Source: Nitrospira sp. (GTDB lineage: Bacteria > Nitrospirota > Nitrospiria > Nitrospirales > UBA8639). Taken from it: 64,000 nucleotides of DNA. The stretch lies in contig JAPPLK010000073.1 of assembly GCA_028819435.1 (NCBI GenBank), positions 3,323 to 67,322 on the forward strand, written 5' to 3'. This document shows, one piece after another, positions 39,584-47,496 of the stretch; positions within the stretch are counted from its first letter, which is position 1; the number at the start of each line of letters is the position of its first letter. The notes beneath the pieces are model-generated. The model was not told the origin of the DNA. It worked only from the letters and a program-made list of their open reading frames with translations, and ran no database searches. A program made the position numbers and the translations under genes.

Positions 39584-40144
39584 ATGGATATCCCGCTTGG
39601 CAAAGGCATTTTCCTCGTGGCAAGTCCCAGCCTCCGCGATCCGAATTTCCGGCAGACCGTCATCCTGTTGTGCAAGCACGGCCCTGAAGGAGCGCTCGGG
39701 GTCGTCGTCAATCGGCCGACGGAGATCAATATCACCGAAGTGCTCCCGCAAGTTCCCATCCTGGAAGGCCAACGTCACCGGGTCTTTTCTGGAGGACCGG
39801 TCCAACGCAACAACCTCCTGCTCCTCTACCGGATGTCTGAAGAGCCGGAAGATTCCCATCACGTCTTCAACGGCGTCTACATGGGCGGCGACATGAAAAC
39901 CCTGGAGGATCTGTTACAGAACCCCTCGTCCCTGGGAAATTTGCGCGCCTTCATGGGATATTCAGGCTGGGCGCCCGGCCAACTGGAAAACGAAATGCGA
40001 ACCGGGTCGTGGCTCACGGTCCCGGCCGACTCCACCACGATGTTTGGCCAGGACCACAATAGCCTGTGGGGCAATATTCTCCGGTCCCTGGGCACGGACA
40101 TGGCCCTCTACGCCGACATGCCCGCCGACCCGCAGATGAACTGA
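39584..40144 (+). CDS. yqgE: YqgE/AlgH family protein (UPF0301)
   Basis: GIFLVASPSLRDPNFRQTVILLCKH...GVVVNRP signature. Confidence 0.85.
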   Translation: MDIPLGKGIFLVASPSLRDPNFRQTVILLCKHGPEGALGVVVNRPTEINITEVLPQVPILEGQRHRVFSGGPVQRNNLLLLYRMSEEPEDSHHVFNGVYMGGDMKTLEDLLQNPSSLGNLRAFMGYSGWAPGQLENEMRTGSWLTVPADSTTMFGQDHNSLWGNILRSLGTDMALYADMPADPQMN

Positions 40145-40350
40145 CCGGCGGCAAGCCACCCTTCATGGAAGACGATCAAGAGACCACGGATCAGGAACCA
40201 AGCATCGCTGAATTGCTGGCCATGCCGGAAGCCGCCGGCATCGAGTTTGAACCGCCTCGCATGAAGCAAGGCTGGAGGAAACCGGAGAAGGACAGGGTTA
40301 GCGGCCAGGATTCATAACAATGGCAGGATCGGTCCCCATGACACATGGGA

Positions 40351-40488
40351 TCATTTTGGGCCATCCTTAGGCGGCGGGGCTTGCGGCTTTGGCTTTTGTG
40401 GTGGTGGCAGGGGCGGAGGTGGCGTCTTACCAGGCCTGGCAGGCTTTCCGCCACTGCGAATTTTGACGTTAGGACTGTCAGGTGGCAT
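40351..40488 (-). CDS. 45-aa proline/lysine-rich microprotein (MPPDSPNVKIRSGGKPARPGKTPPPPLPPPQKPKPQAPPPKDGPK)
   Basis: Hand-translated. Its ATG overlaps the last codons and stop of the upstream 164-aa gene (ATGCCACCTGA). It falls below the ORF-track length cut-off. A similar microORF follows the gene at 41385-41843. Confidence 0.3.
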   Translation of the reverse strand: MPPDSPNVKIRSGGKPARPGKTPPPPLPPPQKPKPQAPPPKDGPK

Positions 40489-40972
40489 ATCGTTCAGCCA
40501 TGACTCTGTAGGCTGCTTTCTCGCATTCCTCGTTCAATTTTCGATTCTCTCGAATATCGGCCTGCCCTGCCCATCCGGTGACGTCTGAAATTCTTCGTGA
40601 AAGGCGCGTGTTTTCGCGGCGAGCATCCGCGTCGTCCATGGTTTCAAGTTCAAGCCACAAATTCTGCCATTCAATCTCCAGTGCGCTACATTCAATGCTG
40701 ATCGCGTGCAGAATCGCAGCCTTCTTGGCGTAATCGGATACAAAATCCCAAGCAACGAGGAGAGCAACCAACCCTCCGGCGACAACTTGAGCCATCGCCG
40801 GAAGCAAGTCCAGCAGCGCGGCAATTCCACCCGCCGCTGCCGCCAACAGCAGAAACCGGACAATCAGGTGATTGCGCCGATGCTGGTCCGAGAGAGCCTC
40901 ATAGTAACGAACAAGCCGCGCCACATCCAGCAACTCTTGCCAAATGGCGTTCCGTGTCTGTTCGGCAACCAT
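40478..40972 (-). CDS. Two-TM protein with SLATT/DUF4231-like architecture
   Basis: N-terminal helix (WQELLDVARLVRYYEALSDQHRR), then two adjacent TM helices (FLLLAAAAGGIAALL / VVAGGLVALLVAW), then a C-terminal helical region. GGAG 6 nt upstream of the ATG. The family call rests on architecture only. Confidence 0.5.
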   Translation of the reverse strand: MVAEQTRNAIWQELLDVARLVRYYEALSDQHRRNHLIVRFLLLAAAAGGIAALLDLLPAMAQVVAGGLVALLVAWDFVSDYAKKAAILHAISIECSALEIEWQNLWLELETMDDADARRENTRLSRRISDVTGWAGQADIRENRKLNEECEKAAYRVMAERYAT

Positions 40973-41008
40973 GTTGTTCTCCTACTGTAACCTGCCAAGC
41001 TTTTCGAC

Positions 41009-41038
41009 ATTCTACCGAATCATACGTGTTCTACACAA
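41009..41038 (-). promoter_or_regulatory. Candidate promoter for the 2-TM gene
   Basis: On the minus strand: TTGTGT, 18 nt, TAGAAT, ending ~36 nt upstream of the ATG at 40972. Confidence 0.25.
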
Positions 41039-41094
41039 TCACCAATTTAAAGCCTGCGCACGCTGGATTCTCGATCTTCCAAACTCCATGATGC

Positions 41095-41278
41095 TCTCTC
41101 TTTTCTTTAAGTTCCCCAACAAAACTCCTCCACCTCCACCATCACCTCGCTTCATCACGAATAGTCCAGGCCATGCCCTCTATCCACTCTCTCGCCTCGG
41201 CTTCCCGTTCAGTACCTGCCGCCATTTGGCGATAGCCTTCCTGAAGATCGCCATAGATGACATAAGGCCTGATCAAGG
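41095..41278 (-). pseudogene. Relic of a mazE-like antitoxin (C-terminal 44 codons) plus a decayed mazF 5' end
   Basis: 41142-41276 aligns without gaps to 42591-42725 at roughly 75-80% nt identity by eye (SLIRPYVIYGDLQEGYRQMAAGTEREAEAREWIEG vs SLVRPYVMYGDLQEGYRQMAADTVREAEAMEWVEG). The N-terminal RHH part is absent and only traces of the toxin remain. Confidence 0.55.
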
Positions 41279-41384
41279 AAGAATTCGAGTGAAACAAAAG
41301 GACTTTGAGCGCTTGGTAACAAGTGTGAAACAGGCAGGAGCTATTCGCCGCGAACAACTCAAGCATGGACGGACGACCGATTGA

Positions 41385-41843
41385 GTGATAACGGATGTAT
41401 CGAAAGAGCTTCTCATAAGCATCTGTAAAATGGAGGAAAATTCCCTTCTGATAAAAAACGAGGCGTATGTCCTCTCTGTTTTGGTCGCGGTTGTGCTTGC
41501 ACTGCCATTTGCTTATATTTCGAACAATGATGCTGTGCATAGGATTCTTCGCTACTTCCGCATCACCAAAGAAACCGCTTATCCGTCAGAATGGTATTCT
41601 GCTTTCTCCCGACATCCCGACTGCTATGTCGTGTTACACTTGAAAGGACAACGTCGTCTTTATGGATGGCCTGAAGAGTGGCCCAGTCGTCCGGACGAAG
41701 GTCATTTCAGAATCGCAGAAGGCGAATGGCTGGAAGATAACAAGCGAATACCCACGAAAGGAGTTTCTGCTATTCTGATACCCGTAGGCGAAGTCGAAAT
41801 GGTGGAGTTTTTGAACAATAACCCTGAAGAGACTAGGGAGTAA
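41385..41843 (+). CDS. Single-TM hypothetical protein (DUF6338-like?)
   Basis: TM segment AYVLSVLVAVVLALPFAYI followed by a soluble domain (SEWYSAFSR...CYVVLHLKGQRRLYGWPEEW). Start uncertain (GTG 41385 or ATG 41430). The family call is tentative. Confidence 0.45.
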   Translation: MITDVSKELLISICKMEENSLLIKNEAYVLSVLVAVVLALPFAYISNNDAVHRILRYFRITKETAYPSEWYSAFSRHPDCYVVLHLKGQRRLYGWPEEWPSRPDEGHFRIAEGEWLEDNKRIPTKGVSAILIPVGEVEMVEFLNNNPEETRE

Positions 41844-41846
41844 ACC

Positions 41847-41963
41847 ATGGCCAAGGTACCGACACCACCACCCACGAAGAGAGCAAGCGTAAACGACGGC
41901 GTGTCACCTAAACCCACGACCGCCGTTAAACCACCGCCACCACCGCCGAAAAAACAGGGTTAG
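41847..41963 (+). CDS. 38-aa proline/lysine-rich microprotein (MAKVPTPPPTKRASVNDGVSPKPTTAVKPPPPPPKKQG)
   Basis: Hand-translated. The ATG lies 3 nt after the upstream stop, with GGGAG 6 nt upstream. Composition parallels the microORF at 40351-40488. Confidence 0.3.
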   Translation: MAKVPTPPPTKRASVNDGVSPKPTTAVKPPPPPPKKQG

Positions 41964-42162
41964 CGCTACGGCGTCGCCTGATCTTCGAACTCGGAAACTG
42001 CGCAGCGGGCAGGATAGCGGACATATTCGCGACCGGAAGCCACCTGCCTGGATCGAATGTCCCTGAAAATAGCTTCCACGTCGTAACCAAAACGTGCCGC
42101 GTGATCGTCTCGTACACCCCGGACTTGATCCGGGGGGGCGAGGCTTCTTCATGTCGGATTAC

Positions 42163-42206
42163 GCCTGTCCTGAGCGAAGTCGAAGGGCTACGCTAATCCA
42201 ACCTAC
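42163..42206. repeat. REP units (cctgtcctgagcgaagtcgaagg + gctacgctaatccaacctac)
   Basis: Same families as elsewhere in the window. Confidence 0.65.
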
Positions 42207-42283
42207 TCGCTATCTTTCTCTTCATTTATTTTGTAGCCACGTCATCTCATGGCGCTTTGGAGGTCGGCTTCGCGGAGCACGTC

Positions 42284-42604
42284 TTACAACCCCAAATGAA
42301 GCCTTATTGTCGCGTCCACGTTTCCCATGTCGTCATCGGACAATTTTCCGAAGAACGCTACGAGGCGTTCCCTGCTCACGGTCGTCAGTTGATCAGCCGT
42401 CGCCTTATGCGGCTTGTCATGTATCACAACGATGGTTTCGCCGGGATACACCCTGCTGATATTGGTGGTCAACGGAACAACCTGAACCCTGTTCAAATGA
42501 GCTAAAGCCACGTCGTTCGTCACGACAACGGCTGGCCTCTGCTTACGAATTTCCCCACCCACAGACGGACCAAATCTGACCCACCAGACTTCACCCCGCC
42601 TCAC
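42284..42604 (-). CDS. mazF: MazF/PemK-family endoribonuclease toxin
   Basis: RGEVWWVRFGPSVGGEIRKQRPAVVVTND...VVPLTT signature. The GTG start at 42604 overlaps the antitoxin 3' end by 14 nt. Confidence 0.85.
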   Translation of the reverse strand: MRRGEVWWVRFGPSVGGEIRKQRPAVVVTNDVALAHLNRVQVVPLTTNISRVYPGETIVVIHDKPHKATADQLTTVSRERLVAFFGKLSDDDMGNVDATIRLHLGL

Positions 42605-42821
42605 CCTGGATATCCTCGGCTGTGCCCTCCACCCACTCCATCGCCTCGGCTTCTCGTACGGTATCTGCCGCCATTTGGCGATAACCCTCTTGAAGATCAC
42701 CATACATAACGTAAGGCCGGACCAAGGACTCAATAAACCGGCTGATCTTGCGTCTACCCACGACCTGATGAAGACCCGCGTAAACATCTTCGTCTATGGT
42801 AATTGTCAGCTTCTTTTGCAT
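42591..42821 (-). CDS. Ribbon-helix-helix antitoxin partnered with the MazF-like toxin
   Basis: MQKKLTITIDEDVYAGL (RHH beta-strand) followed by an acidic C-terminal tail. GGAG 5 nt upstream. Confidence 0.8.
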   Translation of the reverse strand: MQKKLTITIDEDVYAGLHQVVGRRKISRFIESLVRPYVMYGDLQEGYRQMAADTVREAEAMEWVEGTAEDIQGEAG

Positions 42822-42832
42822 ACCCGCTCCCT

Positions 42833-42854
42833 ACACGTATAATACACGTATAAT
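42833..42854. promoter_or_regulatory. Tandem 11-bp direct repeat ACACGTATAAT x2 in the mazEF / PIN-module divergent control region
   Basis: Two exact adjacent copies at 42833-42843 and 42844-42854. Each carries TATAAT on the plus strand. They sit 11 nt upstream of the antitoxin ATG. Confidence 0.4.
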
Positions 42855-42994
42855 ATCACTCGCATAGGAACAGCCTCAACCGGCTTCACTACACAACGTC
42901 ACCCAACATGAATTCTCATCACGGTAACTTCCTTGTCTTGGCCTCGGCACGGTGTTACGATTGCACTACTTACCTGAGTGAAGTGGAGGCTGAA

Positions 42995-43273
42995 ATGGAT
43001 ATGAAGGAAGCCGTACGAACGGCGAAAAAACATATTACCGAACTCTTCACTGATGAAACGATCACGCATGTCGGCCTTGAAGAGGTTGAGTTCAACAACT
43101 CGTCAAATAACTGGGAAATTACTATTGGCTTTTCCCGACCGTGGCAAAACATTTCCCTAGCTACTGCACTCAGCAATCGCCCTCCGGCACGCTCCTATAA
43201 ACTGGTGTGCATTAATGACAATGACGGTCATATGATATCGGTCACGGACCGCGTCTTGACTGATTCTCAATGA
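42995..43273 (+). CDS. Small hypothetical protein in the antitoxin position, upstream partner of the PIN gene
   Basis: ATG with GGAGG 5 nt upstream. 92 aa (MDMKEAVRTAKKHITELF...GLEEVEF...WEITIGFSRPW...YKLVCINDNDGHMISV). No DNA-binding motif recognised. Confidence 0.5.
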   Translation: MDMKEAVRTAKKHITELFTDETITHVGLEEVEFNNSSNNWEITIGFSRPWQNISLATALSNRPPARSYKLVCINDNDGHMISVTDRVLTDSQ

Positions 43274-43277
43274 ATTT

Positions 43278-43739
43278 ATGACTCCTGCCGGGTTCTTCAT
43301 CGACGCGAACCTGCTCCTGTTACTCATCGTCGGTAGCGTCGGGAGAGACTTGATCGCCAAACATCGCCGATTACAAGAAAAGTTTGCAGTAGAAGATTTT
43401 GATCGCCTGATTAACCTGCTCCATCCAGAGCAGGTGTTCGTAACTCCAAATACGCTCACCGAAACATCCAATCTGCTCGGACAACATAGAGAGCCTGAAC
43501 GTTCCCGCTTTTTCGACAAGCTCAAGTTCATCATTCAAGAGAGCAAGGAAGTCGTCGTTGCCAGTTCGGTTGCCTCGCGTAACAACGCATTCGAGCGGCT
43601 TGGGTTGACCGACGCGGCACTCTTAGAAGTTGCCACGCCAGAGACTCCGCTGGTGACCGTAGACCTTGACCTATACTTGGCGGCATTGGCAAAAGGGCAG
43701 GATGCAGCGGTGAACTTCACGCATCATCAGGACCTATAA
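43278..43739 (+). CDS. PIN-domain protein
   Basis: Acidic residues in PIN-like spacing: FIDAN (D9), TLTETSN (E), GLTDAALL (D), TVDLDL (D). Starts 4 nt after the upstream gene. Confidence 0.65.
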   Translation: MTPAGFFIDANLLLLLIVGSVGRDLIAKHRRLQEKFAVEDFDRLINLLHPEQVFVTPNTLTETSNLLGQHREPERSRFFDKLKFIIQESKEVVVASSVASRNNAFERLGLTDAALLEVATPETPLVTVDLDLYLAALAKGQDAAVNFTHHQDL

Positions 43740-43919
43740 TCGGCTGTCTGCGAAAACTGATTTATCAAGCTTAAAGAAAGGTTTTTAGTTTCTCTAAATC
43801 AGAGGAATAACGTTCCTGAATAGAAATTCCCCATGCCGGACTACCCCTACACCACAAGAAATTAACATGGCATATGTGACAGCCTTTTTTCGTTTTAAGA
43901 ACTTCTCCTGTCATCCCCG

Positions 43920-44047
43920 ACATCTTTCATCGGGGATCCAGGGTTGTTGCTTTTTTCTTCGTCCGTGAAGAGAAAGACTCTGGATTCATAGAGGCACTGG
44001 ATCCCCGATCAAGTCAGGGACAAGCGTCGGGAATGACGTATTCTGAT
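43920..44047. repeat. Two inverted copies of the CCTGGATCCCCGAT-N-GTCGGGGATGAC REP hairpin
   Basis: gtcatccccgacatctttcatcggggatccagg at 43920-43952 (reverse orientation) and a degenerate forward copy at 44007-44047. Other copies lie at 47628-47660 and 51077-51105. Confidence 0.7.
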
Positions 44048-44149
44048 GGTATTTTTATATCAATTCGGGAGAGCCCTGTAGGTCGGATTAGCCGTAGGCG
44101 TAATCCGATATTGCGGCTTCAACTTTTGAGTCATGTCATTTACCGCTTC

Positions 44150-47100
44150 TTATTTTTCTCGTACGAGGTCCAATATCGACCCAATCCGCCTGGCGGTGTC
44201 GGTGAAATGCTGGACTTCTTCGGGTTTGAGGGGGCGGTTGAGGACGGTGCGTTCGCGGTAGGAGAGCCATTTTTTGAGGACCTGATAGCCGCCGAGTTTG
44301 TAGGTCCAGACCGCGGCGGGGACATTGCGCCAGAAGGCGCGGTCGTTCAGGTAGACATCGAAGGTGGTTTCGCCGAGCGTGGCTATGCTATCGCTCATCG
44401 TTGCCTTTTCGTCCCGTGTGTAGGCACGTTCGACGATGCGGCCTTGGCCCGGCATGACGGTATCACCTGTTCCGAAGTGGCCCCAGCCGGCCGTCACTGC
44501 GAAGTCGTCTCCGGTCATGTTCCGACCGTCCGTGGTAGCAGGCACGGCAATGACGGCAATTTCAGGGCGTAAAGGGCCTTGGGTAACGCCATGCACCGGC
44601 GTTTCGGGATCGAGTAGCCGGACCAGCTCACGGCCTCGCGCTGCTGAAGCAGCAAGCGTCGCAGGCGAGCCATCAGCATCGCCATCGGGCCAACCGGGAA
44701 GTGGGATGCGCGGCCATTCCATTCGGAGCGCGCCGGCATTGGCCTGCCGGTAGCCAGGATCGTGGAGTACGGCGAGGACATGATAGAAAAAATCTTCTAC
44801 GCCTGCACCAAGGCGTTCGAGATAGCGTTGCGCAGCACCAGACAAATTGGGACGGCGTTGTATTCCGTTGTCTCCAACTCCGAGACTGTCGTCGCGAAGC
44901 CAGGCAGGAAAGTAGTGAGACCGCCCGTTTCCAAAATCGCCAGCGAGATGACGAACAAGGGTCCCTCGTGAGAAGAAATCTCTAGATTCTCGTTGGCGGG
45001 CTTCGACCCATAGATTCCCCTCGAACACATGTGGTCTGTAGTCGGGACATGGGCGGGCCAAGAGACCAGATTCGGATTCCCAGTACAGCCATCGAGTGTC
45101 AAATGGCCGGTGACAATAACGAAGGAAACCAGTGCTATCCGGACCACCGCGCACAAGTCTCACTTTACGCACCGAACGCACGTCTCGCCCGACCGATGTC
45201 GTAGTTTTCATTGCCACTGGATAGCGCCGCTCAATCTCATCATGGCTCAACGTTGCGTCGAAGTAATCGGCAATACGTGCTTTGAGTCGGTCAAGATCGG
45301 TATCGACGAGAAACGAATCGCGATTAGTGGTCACCCCCGGAAACGACACAGGGAACAGATTGGGTAGCGACGGCCAGTCAAACCAGCCGGCGCTAACCGT
45401 CGTCGGCTTGAACAAGAGGCCCAGACGAAGGTCAGGCATGCTCTTCTCATAGAGCGTATCCGGTTTTGTCTCCGCCGTCGTCAACAGATCCCTGGGTTTC
45501 CCTTGCCCCCAGAGATGCCGAAATTCCACTCTATCGGTTGGTTCGTGATCCGCCTTTCTTACCATCGTTGCAATGGCGGTGCCGACCTGAATGCCGACAG
45601 GATCACCTTCCGTTGAGAAAATACTCGGATCGGGCAAGCCATCCGGCGCAACTTTACCAGTCTCTCGACTATCGCCGTTCAGGCAGTCGATCCGAACGGC
45701 ATCGAACGCCTCAAGATAGCGCTCCCGCATTCCCGTAAAGGAGAGCCTATCAAGCCACGAATAATTCGAGATGAAGCAGACTACTCCTCGGCCGGTCTTC
45801 TCCGTAATACGCCGCTCAGCCATACGGAAGAAACGCACGTAGAGATCGTTCAGTCCCTGGCCCTCAGGCCGGCGTACCCGTTTGGTTGTACGATATGCAT
45901 CCGAGAGTTCCCGTTCCTCATCCACGGCCATGCCGGTGAAGCCGTTGTAGGGCGGGTTGCCGAGAATCACCAGAATGGGCGTCTCCTGCTTCACCCGCTC
46001 GGCGCGGTCGCGTTCTTCTTCGAGTTCGGGGAAGGGCAGCGGCTTGGTCGTTCTCGGCTCCCAACCGGTGAGCGCATTGGTGAGGAAAACGCCCGCGCGC
46101 TCTTTCCCATCGTCTGCCAGCGGCGCATCAAGATCTTGCATGGTGAGCCCGACTTGCAGATGAGCCACGACAAAGGGCGCGGGCATGATCTCGAACCCGA
46201 ACACTCGCTCCATCGCCGCCTGCTTCACCCGCGCACCGGCGAGCGCGCCAAGGCCCTGCCCTTCCAGGTTGGCGGCGATGCGACGCAGCACTTCGGCGAG
46301 ATAGGCCCCGGTCCCGCAACACGGGTCGAGCACGTAGACGTTCTCCGCCGCGAGTCCGTCCGATATGCCAAGATCGTCCTTGAGTGCCTTGTCCACACGG
46401 GCCACCATGTAGCGGACGACCTCACTCGGCGTGTACCAGACACCCAATTGTTTGCGCAGATCATGATCAAAGGCTTCCAGGAACGGCTCGTAGAAGTACG
46501 ACACGGCTTCGCCCTCCTTGAAGCGGGCGAAAAACGCCTCGCGGTCCACCCGGTCGAGCGCGGCAGCGGTCCAGTCCAGCACCTCGACGAGATCCAGCCG
46601 TTGCAGCCGGCCCGGACCTGAAATCTGGTGAAACAGCGCCCGCAGCACCGGCGCGCGCAGGTGCCAGACCGCCGTGCGCCAGTCGAACGTGCCTGCCGGC
46701 GACGGCTTGGACCGTGCCCACAGCACCCAGGCGGAGAAGATGCCGTAGAACAGCGTCTGGACGAGGGTCGAGTGGAAGAAACGCGAACCTCGTTCGTCCT
46801 CGAAGCGAACACCGAGCGCCGATTCAAGTGAGTCGCGCACCGCCGTGAGCAATGGGGTGTTGCCCGTCGCCTCGACACGCGCAAGGCCATCGCGGCATAG
46901 GAAGCCAGCAACCAGGCAAGGTCCTTAGGCTCGACAAGTGTGGCCCGATGCGACAGCGCCCGGCCCAGGTACTCACCGAGGCCAGCACCGATTTCTGAAG
47001 CGAACGTACGGGGATGCTCCAGACGACGGTGGAAATCTTCCGCGTTTTCGGCCAACCGGAAGGTTTCGAGTTTGGCCGGTCGGCCTGACGTATCCTCACC

Positions 47101-47496
47101 CACCAGCACAAAGTCGCGTGTGTTCGTCACCAACACCAAACGGTAGCGAGTCCAATAGCGACTCACCTGATCGCCTTCCGCCGTGAGCCACGCATCGTCA
47201 TTCACGGGCTTTACCTCGACGACGCCGCATTCAGGAATCTGTCCCTCGCGGGGCTGGCCCCTCTGCACCTGTTTGGCCGCGTAGAGGCCGAAGTCGGGAT
47301 GGCCTGCGCCCTGGTTAGCCAGTTCACCGACGCAGAATACCTTGGGCTTGAGCGTTGCGCCAACGGCGTTCAGCAGGTTGGCAAGCGGCCCGTAGTTTGA
47401 TCGCTCCCCGGTCGCGCCGCCCGTCGCGCTGACTCGCCTGAGGTCGGCGAGGTAGGTTTCAACCGCTGTCGTGAGTTTTGTGTTTATTCGGGTCAT
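44150..47496 (-). pseudogene. Type IIG / 'type ISP-like' fused restriction endonuclease-N6-adenine methyltransferase, interrupted by one frameshift
   Basis: N-terminal PD-(D/E)xK candidate (GHPDFGLY...VVEVKP). MTase motif I VLDPCCGTGAYL and motif IV NPPY. C-terminal YKLGGYQVLKKWLSYRE specificity-domain signature. The reading frame changes by -1 between about 46850 and 46925, and the continuation in the old frame is Arg/Ser/Cys-rich nonsense. Confidence 0.8.

Noticed and set aside
38960-40150. tRNA-Leu as the integration site of the 40-47.5 kb island
   Set aside because: The island lies on the 5' side of the minus-strand tRNA and is separated from it by the housekeeping genes yggX and yqgE. 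There is no integrase, and I found no direct repeat of the tRNA 3' end at the island borders.
41142-41540. 132-aa minus-strand ORF as an intact gene
   Set aside because: Only its last 44 codons resemble the antitoxin. The rest overlaps the plus-strand 152-aa gene and the HTH-relic and has no homology. It is interpreted as a relic extended by chance.
46225-46852. Treating the 423-aa and 900-aa ORFs as two genuine overlapping genes (split nuclease + methylase)
   Set aside because: The last ~210 codons of the 423-aa ORF are Arg/Ser/Cys-rich nonsense read out of frame over good MTase coding sequence. A single -1 frame change near 46850-46925 explains both ORFs.
46850-46925. Phase-variable (SSR-mediated) or programmed frameshift in the restriction-methylase
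   Set aside because: There is no homopolymer longer than 4 nt, no short tandem repeat and no slippery heptamer at the frame junction.
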